This document shows positions 51,201 to 58,767 of a stretch of 64,000 nucleotides of DNA, in pieces. Made by a program: the position numbers and the translations under genes. The DNA is taken from the NCBI GenBank assembly GCA_026395055.1, contig JAPLZK010000004.1, forward strand, positions 82,805 to 146,804, written 5' to 3'. Numbering within the stretch: the stretch's first letter is position 1; the number at the start of each line of letters is the position of its first letter. The DNA is from Candidatus Uhrbacteria bacterium. Its GTDB lineage: Bacteria; Patescibacteriota; Patescibacteriia; UBA9934; GWF2-40-263. The notes below the pieces were generated by a model. The model was not told the origin of the DNA and ran no database searches. It saw only the letters and a list, made by a program, of their open reading frames with translations.

Positions 51201-51234
51201 AAAAGCAGCAGCCAAAGCTTCTAAAACTCCATAG
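48211..51234 (+). CDS. VirB6/PrgH/TrbL-like polytopic membrane protein with long Lys/Ala/Glu-rich coiled-coil C-terminal tail (T4SS-like channel candidate)
   Basis: Signal-like N-terminus, then 6 or more TM helices within the first ~370 aa and a ~630-aa hydrophilic tail. Preceded by an extended -10 TGCTATAAT. It is the first gene of the cluster that contains VirB3- and VirB4-like genes. Confidence 0.45.
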   Translation: MHKIFARIIAALLWLEKRLEPIAKHPLGRVGLVVFVSLLTLLNPNPVHADGTKAGPGFLETALLYIANIALSVAVVLSKLVIVIIQVLIPVMLYNKFSESPVVISGWAIVRDTVNMFFVIVLIAIAFGTIFGNSRFKWQQQMTRLMIFAIVINFSKTLCGLMIDFGQVVMLTFANAIREIAAGNFVQMLGMGDVYSLSSSNKIFQTAATDSSATGAQAFDWFASSMASVFMMFIVLTTMIMLLAILMYRVVMLWILIVISPLAWFVGGAGDLIKSGAYADWWKKFICLVAIGPVLTFFLWLTLVVAGAGNISDTAGFVASGSTDTAGGFLTQIFELNRLISFVIAIAMLFAGFDAANSTCSGAGLGMISDQLKGGPAGSGGVRAAKAVAGLGARLGAKGGRVGASAARYGYNKGVVPLAEYTGGKIDQSALAQKTPLKYATSKGREDLYRGVAAKSGTGIIGQAVSRRATARADKLGSERAEKMGAGLEAYKADSGESKNETLKRMAASASMTPAGKREEQALMLDAMGDDKRMKELRASGAWDTMWKRHGKDLETNAKGDKTMKAKVDAFKKANADVTGEWPDPKGDPKEATKQAAALSAFALSSKDARGKLTGISSGIKKPKKEGGGEYTYAEALEKKLVGNKEQQDAFNSGRGSIYEGMKPEELGRLPAQALAENLTADLLSKKINSADGPTVSAQLLGNKDAEVQKALHERLKDPVTGSALREGLLSGAGVEKGKVTNSEKFAAALTTNPGSLSYLDDSTFAGLSDNDMTELGSGFADTDVLKSAIANYRKDPKAESSQLAMTRIQAILEKDPTPEMIAAQGYLNAQKKTIDEGTRMQKIGSALKSVPGQVRGSINASIDSSAIDTTIETTSQIPELESQVAELDATVNTAEAGSSEMRAAMDKLASVHQQLDAAQQASTQYIENIASSDDLSARLDAELAAQMDELSNVQGQIAVDRSENRHVKQTDDQAVALQKKIDQINAVKTSVEAAKAKAAAKASKTP

Positions 51235-51242
51235 ACGAACTT

Positions 51243-53000
51243 ATGTCGGAGGAAACACAAACCGTATTGCCAGACCGCGTCCTCGATTTCCTCAGTGATT
51301 TCGATGCGGTTAAGTTCGCGCAAGGGTTTGTGAAGACGTATGGATTGAAAGATGATGACGTGTCACGTGTTATGAACTTGGCAGAAGATGTTGTCTACGG
51401 TGAAGTCGCCGTAGACACGCTTCCTGCAGAGATGGTTTCTCGATTTAGTATCGACCAAACAAAATCCAAACAGGCCGCGCTTGAACTTGCAGAAGCTCGT
51501 TTGCTTCCTGTTCAAGAGGTTTTACCTGGCGTTGTACAGCAAATTCGTGCATGGGGTGGAGAGGTGGCGTTAAGTACAAAACCAGAAGCTGCGGCAATGA
51601 CGCCAGAGGTGTTTGTGCAAACATCCTTGCAGGATGTCATTAAGGAAATGCCTTCACATCTTCAGGGTCGCCTTGCGCACATTCTCGGACTTTACGTTTC
51701 AAAGCATTCCGACAAAGCTCTTGTCATGGATATGCTTACGCGATCTGAGAAAGTTGGTGGGGTTGAGTTTGGGGCAGAAGATGCGGAAGGGTTGTTATCG
51801 TTTGTGGATGAGAAGATGAAAGGAAAAAATATTGCGGTTGAACAGAGTGTTTTGGAAGAAAAGAAAATCGAAGCGCCAAAAAAGATCGAACTCATGGAAA
51901 CACCAAAAGTTGTTGTTGCTCCAAAGATTGTTGAGTCCGTTCCTGTTGTGAAAGAAGTTCCTGTAGCGATTGCGCCAAAAGATGTTCCCCCTGTTCGTAA
52001 TGAGGTAGAAGACGCACATGAAGTCGCGCAAGTTGCTTCTGCAAAGCAGACTGCCATGGAAACGCCTAAGCATGAACCCATGACCATTGAAGAAATGGTC
52101 GGACAGGTTTGCGCGCTCGAACCCATGAAGTTGCCAGACGGAACTCTTGTGGACAGATGCAAACAGATTGTTGAATCTCGATTACGAGAAGTACGTAATG
52201 CATCCGACACGCAAAAACAAATTGAACGTTCGATTGAAGCCGGTGGACTTGGTGTTTCTGGAAGAAAGTTGGCGGACATGATGCAAAGCATTGAGCACGC
52301 GTTTGATGCATTGCAACAACATGCATCCGAGAAAGTTGCACAGGAAAAATCTGTGTATCTTGAAAAGCAACAGTCACAAGAAATAGAAAAACAAACACTC
52401 GCGGAAAAAGAAGAAAAGATGATGACGAAGCGTTACGTTGAACTGACAGGGAAGATGCCAGACGCGCACGTATCACCCGCAGCACCTTCAAATGCGCGTG
52501 TAAGTGGATCTGTTTCAAAAGACGCAGCAATGGAACAACGTGCACAGAATATTGATACCGCGAAAGTTCGAAGTGTTATTGAGGCAACAAAAAAAGCAAA
52601 AGACCACCCCCAGCCCCTCCTTGTGAAGGAGGGGGGCTTGCAGCGGCCATCTGTTCAAGATGTGAAGTTTGTAAAGCGATTATCTGGGCCGATTGATGAA
52701 TTGCGTTCTGTGTCGCTTGTAGATTTTCGTCGTATGGCAAAGAGTCCGGGGCTTGCAACAGAAAAGATGATGAGTTTGGTTCAGTTGGTAGAAGATCAAG
52801 GATACGATAAACGTGTGGAGGCTATTCGCGCGTGGCAATCATCCCCACTTTATCAACAGTATCTCGCGATCGCGCGCAGTGCCATGCAAGAAGGAAAGCC
52901 TCTTGAAGACATGCGTGCACAACTCGCGAAACTCGGAGACACACTGACAAAAGAAGAGCTTGCGGCCATTTTACAATTGAACGGAGAGCTCAGATTCTGA
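51243..53000 (+). CDS. hypothetical soluble protein (585 aa) inside the T4SS-like cluster
   Basis: No TM helices and no recognisable motif. Acidic with coiled-coil-like segments. Tightly packed in the operon. Confidence 0.45.
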   Translation: MSEETQTVLPDRVLDFLSDFDAVKFAQGFVKTYGLKDDDVSRVMNLAEDVVYGEVAVDTLPAEMVSRFSIDQTKSKQAALELAEARLLPVQEVLPGVVQQIRAWGGEVALSTKPEAAAMTPEVFVQTSLQDVIKEMPSHLQGRLAHILGLYVSKHSDKALVMDMLTRSEKVGGVEFGAEDAEGLLSFVDEKMKGKNIAVEQSVLEEKKIEAPKKIELMETPKVVVAPKIVESVPVVKEVPVAIAPKDVPPVRNEVEDAHEVAQVASAKQTAMETPKHEPMTIEEMVGQVCALEPMKLPDGTLVDRCKQIVESRLREVRNASDTQKQIERSIEAGGLGVSGRKLADMMQSIEHAFDALQQHASEKVAQEKSVYLEKQQSQEIEKQTLAEKEEKMMTKRYVELTGKMPDAHVSPAAPSNARVSGSVSKDAAMEQRAQNIDTAKVRSVIEATKKAKDHPQPLLVKEGGLQRPSVQDVKFVKRLSGPIDELRSVSLVDFRRMAKSPGLATEKMMSLVQLVEDQGYDKRVEAIRAWQSSPLYQQYLAIARSAMQEGKPLEDMRAQLAKLGDTLTKEELAAILQLNGELRF

Positions 53001-53012
53001 TAGAATAAGCAT

Positions 53013-53444
53013 ATGCCAGAGCAATACGTGGTTCCACAATTTATTGATTCGGAAGATAAAATTTTCGGGCCGGTTACGGCACGACAGTTTATTATTTTGA
53101 TGGTAGTTGGACTCGTGGAATTTCTGTTGTTCAAATTATTATCGTTTGTTTTGTTTTTGGTGATTGGTGTGCCATTTTTGGCCATCGGAGGAATGATTGC
53201 ATTTACAAAGATCAATGGTCAGCCATTTCATTTTTTTATCTTGAACCTTGTTCAGACGATGAAGAAACCAAGACTACGTGTGTGGGATAAGACAGTAACA
53301 GATGCACAGTTACGCGATTACATCATCAAACCCCCACCTCTTGTCTTAACGCGTTTTGTTCATAAGGCATCCATTGGAACCTCTCGTATTGAAGAACTCA
53401 CGCTTGTGGTGAATACGGGGGGAGTTTATAAACCAGAAGAGTAA
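53013..53444 (+). CDS. PrgI/VirB3-like small two-TM protein
   Basis: N-terminal FIDSEDKIFGPVTARQFIILMVVGL followed by a second TM helix, the pattern seen in Gram-positive VirB3 analogues. Lies directly upstream of the VirB4 region. Confidence 0.45.
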   Translation: MPEQYVVPQFIDSEDKIFGPVTARQFIILMVVGLVEFLLFKLLSFVLFLVIGVPFLAIGGMIAFTKINGQPFHFFILNLVQTMKKPRLRVWDKTVTDAQLRDYIIKPPPLVLTRFVHKASIGTSRIEELTLVVNTGGVYKPEE

Positions 53445-53445
53445 A

Positions 53446-53530
53446 AAGGGACTAGGGACGAGGGATAAGGGGTTCGTGGCGAATTAGCTACGAACCCCTC
53501 GCCCCTAACCCCTCGCCCCTCCAGATCCTT
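53446..53530 (+). repeat. G-tract arm / C-tract arm inverted-repeat leader element (copy 2), ending at the ATG of the 53531 gene
   Basis: AAAGGGACTAGGGACGAGGGATAAGGGGTTCGTGGCGAATTAGCTACGAACCCCTCGCCCCTAACCCCTCGCCCCTCC. It has a 10-bp core stem (AGGGGTTCGT/ACGAACCCCT) with G-tract and C-tract extensions. Confidence 0.7.
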
Positions 53531-54217
53531 ATGCCTGAAATGCAATCTAAACAACTTGCGAAACCAAAACCTGGACCTGCAACCCAGCAGTATTTGGATA
53601 TCGCAGAAATTCGGGATGACATGGTTATTTTGAAAGACGGAACCGTTCGTTCGGTCTTGCTTGTGTCAAGCATTAATTTCGCGTTGAAATCTGGAGATGA
53701 ACAAGAAGCCATCATTCAGGGATACATGACGTTTTTGAACGGACTAGAATATCCTATTCAAATTGTGATTCAATCGCGCAAAATGAACATTGATGCGTAC
53801 ATGGGGCATTTGGCAGAGCAGCAAAAAAAGACCACGAACGACTTGTTGCGCGCACAGATCGTGGATTATCGCACGTTCGTGAATGAGCTCGTTGAACTTG
53901 GACAAATCATGCAGAAACGATTTTATCTTGTGCTTCCGTATGATCCTATTACAAACAAAGGAAAGAATTTCTTTGCACGCTTAGGAGACGCGTTGTCCCC
54001 AACAGCGGCCGCAAAGTTGAATCAAAAACAGATCGCGGATCGCATTGAGCAGCTCTCAAGACGTTCAGAACTCATTGCGGGAGAGTTAAGTAGCATGGGA
54101 CTTTCATCTGTCAGACTTGATACACAGGCACTGATCCAAATGTATTACGAGGTTTACAACCCAGATTTGTTTGACACAGAACGCATGGTAGATCTGAATC
54201 AGATTCTTCACGAATAA
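53531..54217 (+). CDS. T4SS-associated protein resembling the N-terminal domain of VirB4/TrbE-type ATPases (separate gene or 5' portion of a split virB4)
   Basis: YLDIAEIRDDMVILKDGTVRSVLLVSSINFALKSGDEQEAIIQGYMTFLNGLEYPIQIVIQS follows the pattern of VirB4 N-terminal regions. Its stop is 2 nt before the next ATG, in a different frame. Confidence 0.4.
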   Translation: MPEMQSKQLAKPKPGPATQQYLDIAEIRDDMVILKDGTVRSVLLVSSINFALKSGDEQEAIIQGYMTFLNGLEYPIQIVIQSRKMNIDAYMGHLAEQQKKTTNDLLRAQIVDYRTFVNELVELGQIMQKRFYLVLPYDPITNKGKNFFARLGDALSPTAAAKLNQKQIADRIEQLSRRSELIAGELSSMGLSSVRLDTQALIQMYYEVYNPDLFDTERMVDLNQILHE

Positions 54218-54219
54218 AT

Positions 54220-56319
54220 ATGGCAATTGATATTGGGCAAATTAAATTGAACACCCCATCTGCTCCGCCACCAAAACCGGTTGCGCAAAAAGCGGCAGAT
54301 GTTCAGCTCGCGTCAGAACGCACGGTTTTGGAAGAAGAGCGTATCTATCGCCGAGGTGTTGTGACGGTTCGGGATTTGATTTCTCCGGCCGCGTTTGAGG
54401 TTACCCCAAAATATTTGCGTCTGTCTGGACTTTATGTCCGTACACTTTTTATCGTGACGTATCCACGTCACATTGGTCTTGGGTGGTCAAGTCCGATTAT
54501 CAATCTCAACAAGACATTTGATGTTGCCATGTTTTTTTACCCGCTTAAAGCGGAAATCATTTTGAAGCAACTTCAAAAAAAGGTAGGTATTTTTCAAGCA
54601 AAAATTTTAGGAGATGCAGACAAAGGCGCGCCACGTGATCCTCTTGCAGAAACGGCCCTTCGAGACATTGAAGATTTGCGTGATGCGCTGACGCAGGGGA
54701 TTGAACACTTTTTTCAATTCGCGTTTTATCTCACCATCTACGGAAAAGACATGGATGAACTGGATAAATTTTCTCAACAAGTCGAATCACTTTTTGGAAG
54801 CAAGTTGATTTACTCCAAAAGTGGATTCTATCAAACAGAACAAGGATTCAATTCAACGATTCCACTCGGAAACGACGAGCTCATGATTACGTACAACATG
54901 AACACGTCGCCGATTGCGGCTTCATTTCCGTTCATCAGTTCTGATTTGACATCCGACAACGGAATTTTGTATGGCGTGAACCGTCACAACAACTCGCTGA
55001 TTATTTTTGATCGATTTAGTTTGCAAAACGCAAACTCGGTTGTGTTTGCCACGTCTGGTGCAGGAAAGTCTTACACCATCAAGCTCGAGATTTTGCGTTC
55101 CCTCATGATGGGGGTGGATGTGATTGTTATCGACCCTGAAATGGAATACAACCATTTGTCTGATGCGGTGGGTGGAACATACATCAATGTGTCGCTCGCA
55201 TCAGATGCAAAGGTGAATCCGTTCGATTTGCCGCGCGCTATTGGAGAGGGAACAAAAGTGGAAGACATTATTCGAAGCGCGGTTATTACCCTGAAAGGAT
55301 TATTGCGTCTCATGATTGGCGTTCCGATTGGGGAACAGGGAAAGCTTGGATTTACTCCAGAAGAAGATTCTATTCTAGACCGAGCGTTGATCGAAACATA
55401 TGCGAAGAAAGACATTACGCCAGATACAAAGTCTTTGGCAGATGTTGAAACTCCCGTGATGAACGACTTCAAAGATGTTTTGGATGGAATGGAAGGTGCA
55501 GAAAATATTGTGGCACGTTTGAAAAAATATACGGACGGAACATTCTCGGGATTGTTGAATTCACCAACCACGGTCGCCATGAACAACCAGTTTGTGGTTT
55601 TCTCCGTGCGTGATTTGGAAGACGAACTTCGAGCTGTTTCCATTTACTCGATCGTGAACTACATCTGGAACGTTGTGCGTTCAGAACGCAAGAAACGCAT
55701 TCTCGTTATCGATGAAGCTTGGTGGCTCATGCAACAAGAAGAATCCGCAAAGTTTATTTTCGCTCTCGTGAAGCGCGCACGTAAATATTTCTTGGGAGTG
55801 ACAACGATTACACAGGACGTTGCAGACTTCCTTGGTTCACCCTATGGTCAGGCAATTGTGACAAACTCGTCCATTCAATTGTTGATGAAGCAATCTCCGT
55901 CTGGAGTTGAACGTGTGGTAAATACATTTAACCTCACGGATGGCGAAAAATTCTTGTTGCTTGAGTCTGGAGTCGGAGAAGGAATTTTCTTTGCTGGGCA
56001 AAAACATGCGGCCATTAAAGTGGTTGCGTCTTATGCAGAAGATCAGATTGTGACCACAAACCCACAACAACTTCTTGAAATGGAAAAGGCTCGTAAAGCT
56101 ATTGAAGCACAGGTTGCTGTAGAAGAAGAACCTCCGGAAGCACCTGTCGAAGCTCCTGTTGCGGTAGAAGAAAAAGAATTGGCGGGAGATGTAGACGCTG
56201 CTGCAAAAACACGTGAAGAACAAAACCTTGCTGCGTCTGGTGCGGCGCAAGACTTACTTGCACAAGAAGCAACAGGGCAAGCAGAAGCAGATCGGATTCG
56301 AAATTCGTTAACGTCGTAA
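54220..56319 (+). CDS. VirB4/TrbE/PrgJ-like conjugative-type ATPase
   Basis: Walker A VVFATSGAGKSYT and Walker B RILVIDEAWWLM. A Gram-positive VirB4-like N-terminal block (YVRTLFIVTYPRHIGLGWSSPIIN). Acidic C-terminal tail. Confidence 0.7.
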   Translation: MAIDIGQIKLNTPSAPPPKPVAQKAADVQLASERTVLEEERIYRRGVVTVRDLISPAAFEVTPKYLRLSGLYVRTLFIVTYPRHIGLGWSSPIINLNKTFDVAMFFYPLKAEIILKQLQKKVGIFQAKILGDADKGAPRDPLAETALRDIEDLRDALTQGIEHFFQFAFYLTIYGKDMDELDKFSQQVESLFGSKLIYSKSGFYQTEQGFNSTIPLGNDELMITYNMNTSPIAASFPFISSDLTSDNGILYGVNRHNNSLIIFDRFSLQNANSVVFATSGAGKSYTIKLEILRSLMMGVDVIVIDPEMEYNHLSDAVGGTYINVSLASDAKVNPFDLPRAIGEGTKVEDIIRSAVITLKGLLRLMIGVPIGEQGKLGFTPEEDSILDRALIETYAKKDITPDTKSLADVETPVMNDFKDVLDGMEGAENIVARLKKYTDGTFSGLLNSPTTVAMNNQFVVFSVRDLEDELRAVSIYSIVNYIWNVVRSERKKRILVIDEAWWLMQQEESAKFIFALVKRARKYFLGVTTITQDVADFLGSPYGQAIVTNSSIQLLMKQSPSGVERVVNTFNLTDGEKFLLLESGVGEGIFFAGQKHAAIKVVASYAEDQIVTTNPQQLLEMEKARKAIEAQVAVEEEPPEAPVEAPVAVEEKELAGDVDAAAKTREEQNLAASGAAQDLLAQEATGQAEADRIRNSLTS

Positions 56320-56320
56320 T

Positions 56321-56890
56321 ATGATGAGTCCGAAACAACGTCGAAACACGATTGTGATCCTAAGCATTCTTTTGCTTTTGATTTTTCTTTGGTTGCTCTC
56401 GTTCTTGATTCCAAAATCAAAACCAAAAACAGAAGTGCCTGCTTCACAAACTTCCGCATCTACTCCGTCACAAACACCATTCACGACACAGCAATTAGAA
56501 CAAGAAAAAGTGGTGCGCACGCAAGCTTCTGGAATGACCACCACCGCAAAATTATTTGCGGAACGTTATGGAAGTTATTCAAATGAAGCAAACTTTCAAA
56601 ATATTCGTGACGTGATTCCACTCATGTCTGCAAAATTTGGTGCAGCAACAACAACAGCGCTTGCAACAAAAAAAGTGCCAATCGGATTTTACGGGATCAC
56701 CACACGTGTGATTACCGTGAAGGTTGTCTCACAAGATGAGAAAAAAGGAACAGCCGTGATCGACATGTCCACGCAGCGTGTAGAAGAAAACGGATCCGCA
56801 CAAAATACAACAACCAAGTATCAAGATATCGAACTTTCTTTTGTGAAAGAGTCTGGTGTATGGGTGGTGGATTCTGCAAAATGGTTATAG
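56321..56890 (+). CDS. membrane-anchored protein, VirB8/PrgL-like candidate (N-terminal TM plus a ~120-aa periplasmic domain)
   Basis: Single TM (IVILSILLLLIFLWLLSFLIP), then a Ser/Thr-rich linker and a small globular domain. Position is immediately after virB4. Assignment is by architecture only. Confidence 0.3.
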   Translation: MMSPKQRRNTIVILSILLLLIFLWLLSFLIPKSKPKTEVPASQTSASTPSQTPFTTQQLEQEKVVRTQASGMTTTAKLFAERYGSYSNEANFQNIRDVIPLMSAKFGAATTTALATKKVPIGFYGITTRVITVKVVSQDEKKGTAVIDMSTQRVEENGSAQNTTTKYQDIELSFVKESGVWVVDSAKWL

Positions 56891-57567
56891 ACGCATTGTT
56901 CCCAAGATTTTGTCTTTCGTGTAAACGCGAAGGGCAAATTTTTTGTTTAGACTGCGCATCGAATTGGATTGCAAGACCAGAACCGGTCGCGTGTCCGTTT
57001 TGTGGTATCCGAGGGTCAGCGCGAACATGTCTTCGTTGCCGAAAAGAGAATTATCTTGATGGACTCGTTTCGTATTTGCCATACGGAAACCCAATTGTTC
57101 GAGGGGTCATCGGGTATTGGAAATATGATGGGGATCGATCGGTTGAGCGAACACTGAAACAATGGATCGAACAATCACGCGGTCGACTTCGACCTGTTTT
57201 CGAAGAATTTGTTGTCACACACGTGCCAATCCATTCCTCGAGAAAGCGACTGCGAGGATTCGATCAGGCGGAGGTTTTGTCGAACTGGGTTGGTGAGATT
57301 TTCGATGCGCCTATCGAGATGTTACTCGTTCGATCGCGCAAAACAAAGCCGCAAGCAAAGACACATCATGATAAACGTCGTGTGGGATCCCTCGACGGGA
57401 TCTTTGAGATTCATCCGCAAGTCATTGAGCTTCCCGCACGCGTTTTGCTGTGCGACGACGTATTTACGAGCGGGGCAACCATGGATGCAGCTGCTAAATG
57501 CCTAAAAGACGCAGGGGTTGAAGAAGTATGGGGGTTTGTAATGGCAAAAGGATCTCATGAAGCTTGA
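56881..57567 (+). CDS. comFC: competence protein ComFC (phosphoribosyltransferase-type)
   Basis: N-terminal zinc-finger cysteines (CLSCKREGQIFCLDC ... CPFCG...CLRC). C-terminal PRTase motif VLLCDDVFTSGATMDAAAKCLKDAG. An upstream ATG at 56860 is an alternative start. Confidence 0.75.
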   Translation: MVIDALFPRFCLSCKREGQIFCLDCASNWIARPEPVACPFCGIRGSARTCLRCRKENYLDGLVSYLPYGNPIVRGVIGYWKYDGDRSVERTLKQWIEQSRGRLRPVFEEFVVTHVPIHSSRKRLRGFDQAEVLSNWVGEIFDAPIEMLLVRSRKTKPQAKTHHDKRRVGSLDGIFEIHPQVIELPARVLLCDDVFTSGATMDAAAKCLKDAGVEEVWGFVMAKGSHEA

Positions 57568-57608
57568 CATTTTCGCCAAAAACAGGTAGGTTTATCAGCC
57601 TTTGGACT

Positions 57609-57631
57609 ACCGGCGCAGTGCCGGTTTTTTG
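57609..57631 (+). terminator. rho-independent terminator after comFC
   Basis: ACCGGC-GCAGTG-CCGGT followed by TTTTTT. Confidence 0.75.
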
Positions 57632-57660
57632 AAGGGGTTTCCCCAAGGAGGGATAGGAAA

Positions 57661-58737
57661 ATGCTGAAGTTCCGTCAAAGCGTTTCGGTGGCCGTATTGG
57701 CTGCCTTTTTCCTGAGCACGACCGCGTGCCAGGAACGTGTTGTCTACACGTCGCCCGCCATGTCGGGTGGTGGTCAGACTGTTTCGGGGGCAGCTCCGGG
57801 CATCAGTCAGGAGCAGTTTGATCTGCAAGCCGCGATCGGTCTTCTGCGTACCAACAAGGTGCGTGATGCCGCGTCGCTCGAAGCGGTCATCAACGACCAG
57901 AGTTCTGGCATCAACAACATCGACCTCGATGGTGACGGCCAGATCGACTACATCGGCATTCAGGAATCGGTTTCCGGCAACGAGCGGCACATGGCTTTCA
58001 TGTCGTGTCCGTCCTCGAAGGTTGGCGAGCCGACCAAGATTGCGGACGTGACCATTCGCGACGACGGCCAACAAGTCTTCGTTGGTGGTGGGTACTCGAG
58101 CGTCTTTCAGGGTTATAACAGTTCGTACTATCAGTATTACGTCCCTCGGGCATCGTTTGGTGATGCGCTGTTCTTGGCCTGGATGCTGACGCCCTCGCGT
58201 CCGTATTATGCGTATCATCCGTACGGCTACGGTTGGGCCCCGCGTCGCGTTTACGCGCCGTCGGTTCTGACTTCCACGCGTACGTCGTCGACCATTACGC
58301 GCGAAGTGCGCATGGCTCCGGTCCAGAAGGCTGCTCCTCCGGCAAACTATGCCAAGGCCGCCGCGGTCAAGATGCCGCCGAGTCTCGCGAGCAAGCCGAC
58401 GGGACAGGGACTTTCCGGAACGGCCGGTCAGATGCGTGATTACAAGGTGAACAATAAGCCGGCTCAGGCTGGCACCGCGTTCGGTGCGACGAAGCCCGCG
58501 GCTCTGCCTGCGCCTTCCTCGCCCAAGCCCGCTTCGAGCGGTTGGGGAGGCGGTGGTTCTGCTGTGAAAGCTCCGTCGAGTGGCGGTGGCTGGGGTGGCG
58601 GTTCTTCCTCTGCGAAGCCTTCGGGTGGAAGCGGTTGGGGAGGTGGATCTTCTGCGTCGAAGCCCGCGAGCAGTGGCTGGGGTGGCGGCGGAAGTCGGAT
58701 GGGTGGCGGGTCTTCTGGCGGCGGTCGTCGGAAGTAA
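57661..58737 (+). CDS. lipoprotein with DxDxDG Ca-binding-like motif and C-terminal (S/A)SGWGGGxS repeats; lies in the high-GC island
   Basis: RBS AAGGAGGG. Signal peptide and lipobox MLKFRQSVSVAVLAAFFLSTTAC. Motif DLDGDGQIDYIG. Five repeats of xSGWGGGGS. Local GC is about 60% against about 45% for the background. Confidence 0.55.
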   Translation: MLKFRQSVSVAVLAAFFLSTTACQERVVYTSPAMSGGGQTVSGAAPGISQEQFDLQAAIGLLRTNKVRDAASLEAVINDQSSGINNIDLDGDGQIDYIGIQESVSGNERHMAFMSCPSSKVGEPTKIADVTIRDDGQQVFVGGGYSSVFQGYNSSYYQYYVPRASFGDALFLAWMLTPSRPYYAYHPYGYGWAPRRVYAPSVLTSTRTSSTITREVRMAPVQKAAPPANYAKAAAVKMPPSLASKPTGQGLSGTAGQMRDYKVNNKPAQAGTAFGATKPAALPAPSSPKPASSGWGGGGSAVKAPSSGGGWGGGSSSAKPSGGSGWGGGSSASKPASSGWGGGGSRMGGGSSGGGRRK

Positions 58738-58767
58738 TCAACCAACCAACACAAGGAGGAAGAGACC

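Noticed and set aside
53531-54217. Calling the 228-aa ORF a pseudogene
   Set aside because: The ORF is intact, with its own start directly after the conserved leader element. A split arrangement is as plausible as a frameshift, so it is reported as a CDS with a note.
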